Source: an uncultured virus (IMG/VR IMGVR_UViG_3300000227_000004) (Duplodnaviria > Heunggongvirae > Uroviricota > Caudoviricetes). Taken from it: DNA of 64,000 nt. The position numbers and the translations under genes are program-made. The stretch spans positions 1 to 64,000 of the IMG/VR virus record IMGVR_UViG_3300000227_000004. One strand, given 5' to 3'. This document shows positions 27,384 to 35,842 of the stretch, piece by piece. Within the stretch, counting starts at the first letter, position 1. Every line of letters begins with the position of its first letter. The notes beneath the pieces are model-generated. The model made no database searches and was not told the DNA's origin. It saw nothing but the letters and a program-made list of their open reading frames with translations.

Positions 27384-28304
27384 ATGGCAACTTACGATGT
27401 AACCGATAGCATGATTAATGAGTTGTTTTACAAGGCCATCCGCTCGAACGATCCTAAAGTTCAGCAGAAAGTGGCCGCCGCCAGCGATCTATACATTCGT
27501 GATAAAATTCGTGAGAGTTCTTTCCTGAGAAAGATTCTTCCTCCCGAACCAATCACTAAAGAAGAATGCGACAGAATTCCTGGCAGCAGACGTGGTATTC
27601 AGAAGGTCATCGATCTGGAACGCGATGCAGAAGCCGTGTCCCTTCCGATGAATGGAGAATCTGACATTGAATACATCAGAGGTGACAGCGTAGGGATTAA
27701 ATTCCACAAAGTTGCATCTAAAGAGTATGAAATTTCTGAAGGTGATCTGCTTTCTTATGAAATGCCGATCACTAAGATCATTGAAAAGAATGCTCTTATG
27801 GCCGTTGAAAAACGGGAAGATGGCACTTTCGTCGAACAGTGCCAGAAAATCGTAGACACTACCGGCAAGAAGTTAGACATTCTGACTACTGAGCCCTACG
27901 TAAATGCTCGCTTCCTGACTACCGGCTACAACCTGCTGGAATCTGGTGACCAGCTTCAGTGTGCTGCCGTACTTATGAATCGATCTGTATGGAACGATCT
28001 CATGGGTAATGGCCGTCAGGAATTTGATAACAAGGCGTATGACGTCCTGTTTTCTGGTCTGACCGAAGAAAGTCTTCACGGCAAGCGCGTCTTCATTACC
28101 AACAAGACTGACCTGGTTCCTCATAACGATATTTGGTTCTTCACTGCTCCGGAATTTCTTGGTAAATTCTACGCACTGACCGACACCAAACTTTGGATTG
28201 AGACCCGTGCCGAATTCCTGAAATACAAAATTTGGGAATACATCGGTGTCGGCCTTATCAACACCAAATCGATTGCAAAAATCACTATTAAAAAGCAGCC
28301 GTAA
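27384..28304 (+). CDS. Major capsid protein (HK97 fold)
   Basis: 306 aa; IRESSFLRKIL, EKREDGTF, FFTAPEFLG, WEYIGVGLIN pattern; strong SD, highly expressed codon style, followed by terminator. Confidence 0.8.
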   Translation: MATYDVTDSMINELFYKAIRSNDPKVQQKVAAASDLYIRDKIRESSFLRKILPPEPITKEECDRIPGSRRGIQKVIDLERDAEAVSLPMNGESDIEYIRGDSVGIKFHKVASKEYEISEGDLLSYEMPITKIIEKNALMAVEKREDGTFVEQCQKIVDTTGKKLDILTTEPYVNARFLTTGYNLLESGDQLQCAAVLMNRSVWNDLMGNGRQEFDNKAYDVLFSGLTEESLHGKRVFITNKTDLVPHNDIWFFTAPEFLGKFYALTDTKLWIETRAEFLKYKIWEYIGVGLINTKSIAKITIKKQP

Positions 28305-28332
28305 TTAATTGGTGCTTGAGTTGATTTAAATA

Positions 28333-28370
28333 GCCGGCCCTATTATACTTAGTAGGGTCGGTTTATTATT
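28333..28370 (+). terminator. Intrinsic terminator after capsid gene
   Basis: GCCGGCCCTA...TAGGGTCGGT stem followed by T-rich tail. Confidence 0.65.
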
Positions 28371-28390
28371 AAAACACTAAGGAGAAAACA

Positions 28391-28738
28391 ATGGCCAAAT
28401 TTTGGTACAAACTTACTAATGACAAGGATAATCTGACAGTTAAGCTTTCGCCGAAAGACTCTGTTACTTTTTCAAAAAGACTTAACGGGAATACTAAGTA
28501 CTTCCTAGAAGAAAATAAAGTCCTGGATGAGCTCGTCGCTGCTAAAAGGCTGTCTAAGATGTCCGCAACTACTGTCCTTGCCGTTGAGAAGTCTAATCCA
28601 GTTGAAGCAGAAGAGCCCAAACCGGCACCAGCTCCTGTGGAAGGTCTCGTCGTAGTAGCTTCCGAAGAAGCGACTATTTCAGATCCGTTTGCAGAAGAAG
28701 GTGAAACTGAAGGTAAACGCAAAGGCAAAAAGAAATAA
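28391..28738 (+). CDS. Hypothetical protein
   Basis: SD AAGGAG; low-complexity C-terminus. Confidence 0.7.
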   Translation: MAKFWYKLTNDKDNLTVKLSPKDSVTFSKRLNGNTKYFLEENKVLDELVAAKRLSKMSATTVLAVEKSNPVEAEEPKPAPAPVEGLVVVASEEATISDPFAEEGETEGKRKGKKK

Positions 28739-28744
28739 TAAAAC

Positions 28745-29236
28745 ATGACTAGTGTAACTGAAGAGCAGGCGTTAGATAATTATATTGGCTTAGTGCGAAG
28801 TTACTTGTCTGATTATTCGGACATGAATTACCTGCAGCCAGATAAAGAAGAGTTTACCAATAACATTATTGGTCAGGCTGTTCTAATGGCGTTGGAAATA
28901 TTTAATAGCTGCACAGGCCATATAACTAAATACACACTTGAAAACTTTCCAGTTCCAACATTGCTGGTTCTTGGGGGGAGTGGCTACACGATGCTTAGTG
29001 GCGGCGTTCTCCAGGCCCGCAATCATTTTAGTGTCAGTGATGGGAACACATCTGGGCCAATATCAGAAAAGACTGAAATATACCGTGGGTGGGCTCAAGA
29101 GCTGATTAGTAATTTTATTACTTTGTCTGCCAAGTTCAAAGAGGCTACCAATATGGAAGGGGCATACAAGAACTTTGGAAGTAGCTACTTGCTCCAGAAC
29201 TATTATGTCCGTCAATTAAAGCGACTTGAAATTTAA
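28745..29236 (+). CDS. Probable head-tail adaptor/neck protein
   Basis: Size, position after capsid, VRSYLSD and SVSDG..S pattern. Confidence 0.5.
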   Translation: MTSVTEEQALDNYIGLVRSYLSDYSDMNYLQPDKEEFTNNIIGQAVLMALEIFNSCTGHITKYTLENFPVPTLLVLGGSGYTMLSGGVLQARNHFSVSDGNTSGPISEKTEIYRGWAQELISNFITLSAKFKEATNMEGAYKNFGSSYLLQNYYVRQLKRLEI

Positions 29237-29247
29237 GGAGAAACACA

Positions 29248-29796
29248 ATGCTTACGAAACAAGCAGTTAGGGCTTTGGTAAAACGTGCCGGCATCATGGA
29301 TATGCTTGGCGGAGTGGCTGACATGGCCCCCGAAGGACTTGGCACACTCGTGGGTGCCGGTTCTGCTCTGGGACTTGCTGGTGCCGGAGGACTTGGTGCC
29401 AGGGGGCAGCTCATATCTGCTGCTATCGGCGCAACTATTGGCGCGATGGCTGCCAATAAAATGAAAGAACATGAGATGATACAACAGGCAAATATCAACA
29501 GCAATTCTATGCTGGGCATTAACAACGCGCTCATGAATCTTGACCAGCAAGCCATGATTGACCCAATGGCCGCAGCTGCTATGGGCTACGATCCTAATAT
29601 GATGGGTATGGACCCTAATATGATGGGCATGCAGGCACCTATGGGCATGGACCCTAACATGATGGCAATGCAGCCTCCGATGGGCAACCCAGTTTCTGGG
29701 TATCCGGATGCACAGCAGGCAATGCAGCAGGGCAAGCAGGCCAGTGTTAACATTAAAATGGCGGCTGCCGATCTAGTAGATAAATACTTTGGTTAA
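29248..29796 (+). CDS. Gly-zipper protein with Met/Pro-rich MMGMDPN repeats
   Basis: SD AAGGAG; KQA, KRA, KQAS, KMAA motifs. Confidence 0.7.
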   Translation: MLTKQAVRALVKRAGIMDMLGGVADMAPEGLGTLVGAGSALGLAGAGGLGARGQLISAAIGATIGAMAANKMKEHEMIQQANINSNSMLGINNALMNLDQQAMIDPMAAAAMGYDPNMMGMDPNMMGMQAPMGMDPNMMAMQPPMGNPVSGYPDAQQAMQQGKQASVNIKMAAADLVDKYFG

Positions 29797-29805
29797 GTGA
29801 CATAT

Positions 29806-29830
29806 GGGCGGGCGAGTCCCGCCCTGTTTA
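29806..29830 (+). terminator. Intrinsic terminator
   Basis: GGGCGGG-CGAGT-CCCGCCC-TGTTT. Confidence 0.6.
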
Positions 29831-29833
29831 ACT

Positions 29834-30610
29834 ATGATCGATGTCAAAAACATAACAGTCACACCTATATCCAGGAGAGAATTTGCAATTACTTGGGATT
29901 TTCAGCCAAGTGTTGATAAATTCTCTAATTTTGATTTCTACTTAGAACGAAGTGAGGCTCCTCATGAGGGTTTTGTTTTGCTATCCAAAGTCGACCCAAG
30001 TGAGAGATACTATCTAGACCGAGATGTAGAAATATTTAAGCTCTGGAAGGCTTATTATGTTCGGCTAAAGATTAAAGATAAACGAGATGGGAAAGTTAGT
30101 TACTCCCAGCCTGGAACTGTAGAGCACCCACCAAACTTAGAGGCCTTAGAGCTAATAAGACGAAACAGAATTTCTTTGGAAAACCCAAGATATGGTAACG
30201 GCGTGCCTTGCCTAGTCTTCATCAGGAAAGAAGGGGGGCAGCGCTGCCAAGAGTGCTACGATGAAATTAAGCGCAGAAGTACTAAGTCTAGCTGTGTTAA
30301 CTGTTATGGGACCAGTTATGATGGGGGATTTTACGCACCGATAAGTGCCTACGTAAACTTCAGCACAGATGCTAAGGGCATGGGTGTGGGGGACATGGGC
30401 AACCTGATAAAGTCTGTCAATCGGGGCATAATGACAAACTATCCAAAAGTCAAACCTGGTGATGTTATTGCCGACCCTCGACTAAATAGGCTCTGGACCG
30501 TGACTGAAATACAAAACATAGAACGTCGTAGGCATTTAGTCAAACAGATAACAACTCTGGAAGAAGAAGAACGAACTAATATACTAATGCAATTATTAGG
30601 TAAAAAGTAA
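29834..30610 (+). CDS. Probable neck/head-closure protein with Ig-like N-terminus and Zn finger
   Basis: RCQECYD...CVNCYGT..GG motif, PKVKPGDVI; start moved to 29834 because 29804 lies in the terminator. Confidence 0.55.
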   Translation: MIDVKNITVTPISRREFAITWDFQPSVDKFSNFDFYLERSEAPHEGFVLLSKVDPSERYYLDRDVEIFKLWKAYYVRLKIKDKRDGKVSYSQPGTVEHPPNLEALELIRRNRISLENPRYGNGVPCLVFIRKEGGQRCQECYDEIKRRSTKSSCVNCYGTSYDGGFYAPISAYVNFSTDAKGMGVGDMGNLIKSVNRGIMTNYPKVKPGDVIADPRLNRLWTVTEIQNIERRRHLVKQITTLEEEERTNILMQLLGKK

Positions 30611-31392
30611 TGGCCGGTGAACTCAATAATTTAAATAAGCCAAATTTAAACCAAACATCTCAGACGATGATTGATTTAGTTACTTCTGAGAGATACGTAA
30701 TTACATCTTTCGTTAAAGATGTGTATTTACTTATAATCAGAGAGCTGTTTAAACAAAACGAGGGGCCATTTCATTACTCCGACGATCCTGAAATTACTAG
30801 GCTTTACATATCAGATAAATTTGAAGTCCCAAAAGAAGTGCAAACATTTAAGCCTACGATTTATCTAACTCGAGGCCGTATAGGTTACTCCAATTTGTCA
30901 ATAGACAATTTAAAAAGTATGAATATGAATACTGGGGCCACAACGCATTCAGACTTGATACGCGGGTCGATGCTAATAAATTGCGTTTCCGAGGAGGGCC
31001 TTGAAGCAGAGCACTTGGCAAGCCTGATCTTTGTGCTGTTGGAGTCTTTTAAGCAGCAGTTTAGGAACTTACGATTTCATCAGTTTGGGGTTGGCGAAAT
31101 CTTAGAGGAACGCCCACTTCAGGCTAGTACCGATACTAAGCTAGTCGAAGTGTCAGTTACTAGTATGTTTTCTTTCTCATACTCATGGGCAGTTTCTGTA
31201 ATGAATAACACGCCCTTAAATGACATAAACATGTCTAGGGCCCGCCCAGTAGATCCTGATAATCCTAATTGTAGCAGTGACGTAGATGAGTGCGGAACAA
31301 ATATAGGAATAGATGGCACTGGGCTAGACTGTGGCCCGTTTGAAGCCCTGAGATTTCCGTCAGGCGATCCTGACTACACTAAGGAGGAATAG
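30610..31392 (+). CDS. Probable tail terminator/completion protein
   Basis: Position; PTIYLTRG and INCVS...EAEHLA pattern. Confidence 0.45.
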   Translation: MAGELNNLNKPNLNQTSQTMIDLVTSERYVITSFVKDVYLLIIRELFKQNEGPFHYSDDPEITRLYISDKFEVPKEVQTFKPTIYLTRGRIGYSNLSIDNLKSMNMNTGATTHSDLIRGSMLINCVSEEGLEAEHLASLIFVLLESFKQQFRNLRFHQFGVGEILEERPLQASTDTKLVEVSVTSMFSFSYSWAVSVMNNTPLNDINMSRARPVDPDNPNCSSDVDECGTNIGIDGTGLDCGPFEALRFPSGDPDYTKEE

Positions 31393-31394
31393 GC

Positions 31395-32036
31395 ATGGGC
31401 GACTACAATAAGCCTGATGTAATTGTTTACCAGGATGTGAAAAACAAACCGGATTCAGTAAGCAAGTTTAACTGGTCTGGATTTGATCCGGCTGCCTTTA
31501 TCAAGGCTTTCTCTAAAAAAAGAAGTGCCGAAGATGCTGAATCTGAGCTTTACGACTTATTATTAGAACATTCCACTGGAGGGAGTATGGGTAAATCTGC
31601 TTACGAAATTTGGTTAGATGCGGGTAATACAGGGACTGTCGAAGATTTTCTTAATAGTTTAATTGGTCCCCAGGGGGACGCTGGCGCTTCAGCTTATGAA
31701 ATATGGCTCGGCCTAGGTAACGTAGGAACTCAGCAGGACTTTATTACTAGTCTAGTTGGGGCAGAAGGTAAATCTGCGTATGATATCTGGATTGAAGAAG
31801 GGAACTCTGGGTCTACGCAGGACTTTTTAGATTACCTAAAAAATGCAGCCAGCTACACGCAGCAGTTTACTAACGAAAGTTTAGTATTGGTGGAGCATAA
31901 TTTAAATCGCTTTCCGAGTGTGGTAGTACTAGATGAAGACAAAAACTTAGTTATGACCGCAGTATCTCACACTGACATAAATAACTTGCAAGTAAAAATG
32001 ACAGGCCCTAAATCTGGGTATGTTTTTTGTAATTAA
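31395..32036 (+). CDS. Fibre/decoration protein with three GKSAYEIW-type repeats
   Basis: SAY[ED]IW...GN.G...DF repeats; C-terminal HNLNRFPSV domain. Confidence 0.7.
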   Translation: MGDYNKPDVIVYQDVKNKPDSVSKFNWSGFDPAAFIKAFSKKRSAEDAESELYDLLLEHSTGGSMGKSAYEIWLDAGNTGTVEDFLNSLIGPQGDAGASAYEIWLGLGNVGTQQDFITSLVGAEGKSAYDIWIEEGNSGSTQDFLDYLKNAASYTQQFTNESLVLVEHNLNRFPSVVVLDEDKNLVMTAVSHTDINNLQVKMTGPKSGYVFCN

Positions 32037-32039
32037 CCC

Positions 32040-32068
32040 TGGACTAAAACTTGTTCGGTTTTTATATT
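32040..32068 (+). promoter_or_regulatory. Promoter TGGACT-N17-TATATT
   Basis: Intergenic variant of the repeated motif. Confidence 0.5.
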
Positions 32069-32096
32069 AATATCGAAAAGCGGGCAGGAGGGAATT

Positions 32097-32549
32097 ATGG
32101 CAGACGTAGTAAAATTTTGGTCAACGGCCGATTTTGACCTAAATCAGCTTAAGAATTTAATAATCGACAGGCTAGACTCTGATCCTGCTTCTCCACAGAC
32201 AGGGCAGTTTTGGTTTAATAACATCGAGAGGGTTTATAAAACTTTTGATGGGACCGTCGTTAAGTCGGTCGGCCAAGCAGAGTTTTCTGTATCAGCGACC
32301 CACTTACAATACAGGCCCGTAGGTACCAGCACTTGGGTGAACATAATGCCCTTGCCGAAATTAAATCATACTCAAGACTTTATCAACACCAACACCGTCC
32401 TAGTAAATCACGGCCTGAATAGATATCCAAGTGTTACTGTCGTAGATACAGCCAAGACTGAATTTGGTGTAGAAATTCAGCACATAGACGAAAATAGCTT
32501 AACAGTGATGATGACTCTCCCAATGAGTGGGAAAGTCTTTTGCAATTAA
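32097..32549 (+). CDS. Fibre-associated structural protein
   Basis: Shares C-terminal HGLNRYPSV...GKVFCN domain with 31395 and N-terminal motif with 32577. Confidence 0.65.
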   Translation: MADVVKFWSTADFDLNQLKNLIIDRLDSDPASPQTGQFWFNNIERVYKTFDGTVVKSVGQAEFSVSATHLQYRPVGTSTWVNIMPLPKLNHTQDFINTNTVLVNHGLNRYPSVTVVDTAKTEFGVEIQHIDENSLTVMMTLPMSGKVFCN

Positions 32550-32576
32550 AAAAAAACTTAAAGGAGAGTTATTGAT

Positions 32577-33746
32577 ATGGCGAAGCCTTTCAATACCAGC
32601 ATTGATCTCAAACTTAACGAACTACTAAATGCCAAGATCCAGGCCCTAGTCGCCGATCCAAGTGGTGGCGAGCTTGTTGAGGCCCGTGTTTGGTATAACA
32701 GTGTAAGCAAGCAGCTCAAGTATTTTGATGGAACGGCCGTTAACACTGTCGCAGTCGGCGATGATCTGACTACCGCAGTTACTCGTGCAATCGCAGCCTC
32801 TGGCGCAGGGATCCTGATGGTCTCTGGTGGTGCTGACAGAACTGCCGCTTCTTATAATGGCGGTGCAGGCATTGTCAAGACTGACTCCACTGGCGCAGCA
32901 TCTGCCGCCATTCCTGGCATAGACTACATGACCGATATTTCGGCCAATACTTTGAGCAACAAAACTTTTGATGCTAATGGCTCAGGCAACTCTATTTCTA
33001 ACCTGGAAATAGCTGACTTTGCACCCTCTGCCCTGGCAAGTGACATTCAGACTGGCACAGCATCTCAGGTCGCCGTAGCCACTGTCATTAAAGCCTATGT
33101 AGACAGTAAAGTTGCCGCTCTGGGTCAGTTAGTTGGTCAGTTTGATGCTAGTTCAGGCCTTCTTCCGAGCACTGGTTCTGGTGCTGGTAGCGCAATTGTA
33201 AAAGGTGATTACTGGCGCGTGTCAGTTGCCGGTGACATCGTAGGTCTCGGCCATCTGGAAATTGGAGATGCGCTTGTGGCATCGGAAGACATCGCGTCTA
33301 CTGCGGCTGACTTCTTCGTTCTGCAGGCCAACCTGACTGACGCGGTGTCATCATCAAGTGTGTCTTCAACAGACAACGCTCTCGCTCGTTTTGACGGAGC
33401 AACTGGCAGAATTATCCAGAACTCCGGTGTGTCTGTGGATGATAGTAACAACGTAAACATCCCGACTGGTGCTGAATATCGTGTAAACGGCGTGAACATA
33501 ATGACTGCCGTCGCGAAGAAATATGCACAGGGATTTGTAGTTGCTGATTGGGTAGGCGTGTCTGCACCTTACACTTTCACCGTAGCTGCTGCATCCCACG
33601 GCCTCGGAAGCACCCAGGACCTGGTAGTGGACATTAAGGATAGTGCCGGAGACGTGACTATGCTGGATGTTAACGTTGCAGCGACTGGAACTGTAGTTCT
33701 TAGCAGCAATATTAAGTTTGATGGCAGAGTTGTAATTGTCGGGTAA
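32577..33746 (+). CDS. Fibre-like structural protein
   Basis: TLSNKT, KAYVD, KGDYWRVSVAG, TDNALARFDGATG motifs typical of phage fibres. Confidence 0.7.
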   Translation: MAKPFNTSIDLKLNELLNAKIQALVADPSGGELVEARVWYNSVSKQLKYFDGTAVNTVAVGDDLTTAVTRAIAASGAGILMVSGGADRTAASYNGGAGIVKTDSTGAASAAIPGIDYMTDISANTLSNKTFDANGSGNSISNLEIADFAPSALASDIQTGTASQVAVATVIKAYVDSKVAALGQLVGQFDASSGLLPSTGSGAGSAIVKGDYWRVSVAGDIVGLGHLEIGDALVASEDIASTAADFFVLQANLTDAVSSSSVSSTDNALARFDGATGRIIQNSGVSVDDSNNVNIPTGAEYRVNGVNIMTAVAKKYAQGFVVADWVGVSAPYTFTVAAASHGLGSTQDLVVDIKDSAGDVTMLDVNVAATGTVVLSSNIKFDGRVVIVG

Positions 33747-33751
33747 CTTAT

Positions 33752-33794
33752 AGTAAAATAAGTGCCCAAATATTTTTTGGGCACTTATTTTACT
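33752..33794. terminator. 19-bp perfect inverted repeat, probable terminator
   Basis: AGTAAAATAAGTGCCCAAA-N5-TTTGGGCACTTATTTTACT. Confidence 0.7.
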
Positions 33795-33815
33795 GAAATT
33801 TTTTGGAGGAGAGAA

Positions 33816-34067
33816 ATGCCTAAAATAGCGGGTGACTTAGTGTTAGTACAGCGCGCATTCCCCACCACAAACCCAGATGCTGGTTTTATAGAAATATTCG
33901 CTGATTCTGAGGTTGGCGGTAAACCCTCGGTTATATACCCAACGGGTCAAAAGTTTCCTTTAGTCGAAGATGACGGCTCTCTTCTCAGAACAGCACAGCT
34001 TGTTGGTGGATCTGCTGCTAGTATCTACACACCAGACCAAGAGATTATTAATGCAGGGGGCGCATAA
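33816..34067 (+). CDS. Small fibre-associated protein
   Basis: SD GGAGGAG before ATG 33816; stop overlaps next start. Confidence 0.65.
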   Translation: MPKIAGDLVLVQRAFPTTNPDAGFIEIFADSEVGGKPSVIYPTGQKFPLVEDDGSLLRTAQLVGGSAASIYTPDQEIINAGGA

Positions 34068-35617
34068 TGGCTTACAGAATCCAATTTAGAAACGACAGCT
34101 CAGTCAACTGGCAAACTACTAACCCTGTGTTAGCTCAGGGAGAGATTGGCCTTGACACTACTATAAATCAATTTAAAATCGGTGATGGAATATCTGCCTG
34201 GAACAGCTTGGCCTACAAAGGCTTTGATGGGAAAACAATCCTGAATGGATCAGTAGATCCAGATAGCGGCTCCGGAACTCTGGGAGATTTTTACATAAAT
34301 ACTTCCTCTCTCCAGATTTTTGGACCTAAGTCAGATTCAGGGTGGGGGTCTGGGACTAGCTTAGTCGGTCCCCAAGGTACCCAGGGCCCAGCTGGCGGTA
34401 GGACCATCTTTAGTGGAGCTGTTGCTCCCAGTAGCGGTCTTGGGGACATTGATGATTTTTATATCGAGACAACTAACTGGAGAATTTATGGTCCGAAAAC
34501 AGCTTCGGGTTGGGGCAGCTACACCACTATTATAGGGCCTCAGGGTCTGCAGGGCATCCAAGGTATCCAAGGGCCCCAAGGCCCACAGGGCATCCAAGGC
34601 ATCCCCGGTGCAGCAGGTGACCCCGGAGCAGATGGTAAGACTGTTCTAAACGGAACCGTTAATCCAACTACTGAGGGTGTAGATGGTGACTTTTATATCA
34701 ACACCACTACAGGCCAAATTTTCGGCCCCAAAGCTTCGGGTGTATGGCCCGTCGGGACACCTCTTCTAAGCGCTCACAATCTTGATTACCACACTGACAC
34801 CAGCGGCTTTGCCACAGCAAACCCGACCATGAATGGTATCGCGAATAGCGGTAGCGCAGATACAATTTCAAGAGGTGACCATGTCCATCCAACAGACACC
34901 AGTAGAGAGGCTGCTTTTACTAAAAACACAGCTTTCAATAAAGATTTTGGAACAAGTGCAGGGACTGTCTCCGAAGGTAATCACTCGCATGATGCTTCCT
35001 CAGTAGTTTCTGGCATATTTGATATAGCCAGAATACCGCAGGCTGCCATTGAGCGGCTTGTCCAAGTTGCAGATCAGGCTGCTAGATTCGCACTAACAAC
35101 CACTACCGTCCAGTTAGGAGATACTGTTAAGCAGCTTGACACTGGTATCATGTATGTTGTTGTTGATGAGGCTAATCTAAGTAACGCTGCTGGGTATGTG
35201 GACTACGCAGCTGCTACCGCAGCTTCTGTTCCCTGGTCCGGTGTGACTAGTAAACCAACTACCCTAAGTGGTTACGGCATCACAGATGCCACTCCTAGTT
35301 CTCATGTTGGGGCTACCGGTTCTGCCCACGGAGTGGCTACTCAAAGTGCGGCTGGGTTCGAAAGTGCGGCAGACAAGACTAAACTTGACGGTATTGCTGA
35401 TGGAGCTACTGCGAATACAGCATCAGATGTGACTCCCGCAGCTCCGACGAGTACAGGAAGCGCAGGGACCGCGTCTGCATATGCACGGGGAGACCACGCT
35501 CACCCTAATTTAATTAATGATGGTGGTACCGGGACTACGGATTTGTGGTCTGGATCTTATTTAAATACTCAAATTGGTGACATAGAAGCCGCATTAAACG
35601 CAATCCTAGGAGTATAA
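34067..35617 (+). CDS. Tail fibre protein with Mtd-N-like N-terminus and collagen repeats
   Basis: IQFR...W...NPVLAQGEIG...KIGDG...WNSL; three GDFYI...GPK...W repeats; Gly-X-Y tract. Confidence 0.8.
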   Translation: MAYRIQFRNDSSVNWQTTNPVLAQGEIGLDTTINQFKIGDGISAWNSLAYKGFDGKTILNGSVDPDSGSGTLGDFYINTSSLQIFGPKSDSGWGSGTSLVGPQGTQGPAGGRTIFSGAVAPSSGLGDIDDFYIETTNWRIYGPKTASGWGSYTTIIGPQGLQGIQGIQGPQGPQGIQGIPGAAGDPGADGKTVLNGTVNPTTEGVDGDFYINTTTGQIFGPKASGVWPVGTPLLSAHNLDYHTDTSGFATANPTMNGIANSGSADTISRGDHVHPTDTSREAAFTKNTAFNKDFGTSAGTVSEGNHSHDASSVVSGIFDIARIPQAAIERLVQVADQAARFALTTTTVQLGDTVKQLDTGIMYVVVDEANLSNAAGYVDYAAATAASVPWSGVTSKPTTLSGYGITDATPSSHVGATGSAHGVATQSAAGFESAADKTKLDGIADGATANTASDVTPAAPTSTGSAGTASAYARGDHAHPNLINDGGTGTTDLWSGSYLNTQIGDIEAALNAILGV

Positions 35618-35620
35618 TCG

Positions 35621-35830
35621 ATGGTTTACTATCTAAAAAAAGATGCTAATAACTACGTAGTAGACGCCACATGCATTAATCCAAATTTGCCCGACTATCA
35701 GGCTGTAGACCTCTCAGAAGTTCCTGTAGATTTGGCCTGTGGTTACTACACTTACGTGGATAACACTTTAGCAATAGATCCTGCGAAAAAGGCAGAGATA
35801 AACACGAACTCACTACCTCCTGCAATATAA
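35621..35830 (+). CDS. Small tail-fibre chaperone-like protein
   Basis: 69 aa directly after the fibre gene. Confidence 0.5.
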   Translation: MVYYLKKDANNYVVDATCINPNLPDYQAVDLSEVPVDLACGYYTYVDNTLAIDPAKKAEINTNSLPPAI

Positions 35831-35842
35831 TAAGGACAGAGC

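Noticed and set aside
29804..29833. ORF-track starts at 29804, 33762 and 58857
   Set aside because: They fall within terminator hairpins or a promoter; downstream ATGs at 29834, 33816 and 58917 fit better.
34067..35617. Diversity-generating retroelement (RT plus Mtd-N-like fibre)
   Set aside because: The RT has GLPEGTRTSP rather than the DGR-type G...SQ motif, the fibre has no C-type-lectin-like variable end, and I saw no TR/VR repeat pair in the window; a TR outside the window cannot be excluded.
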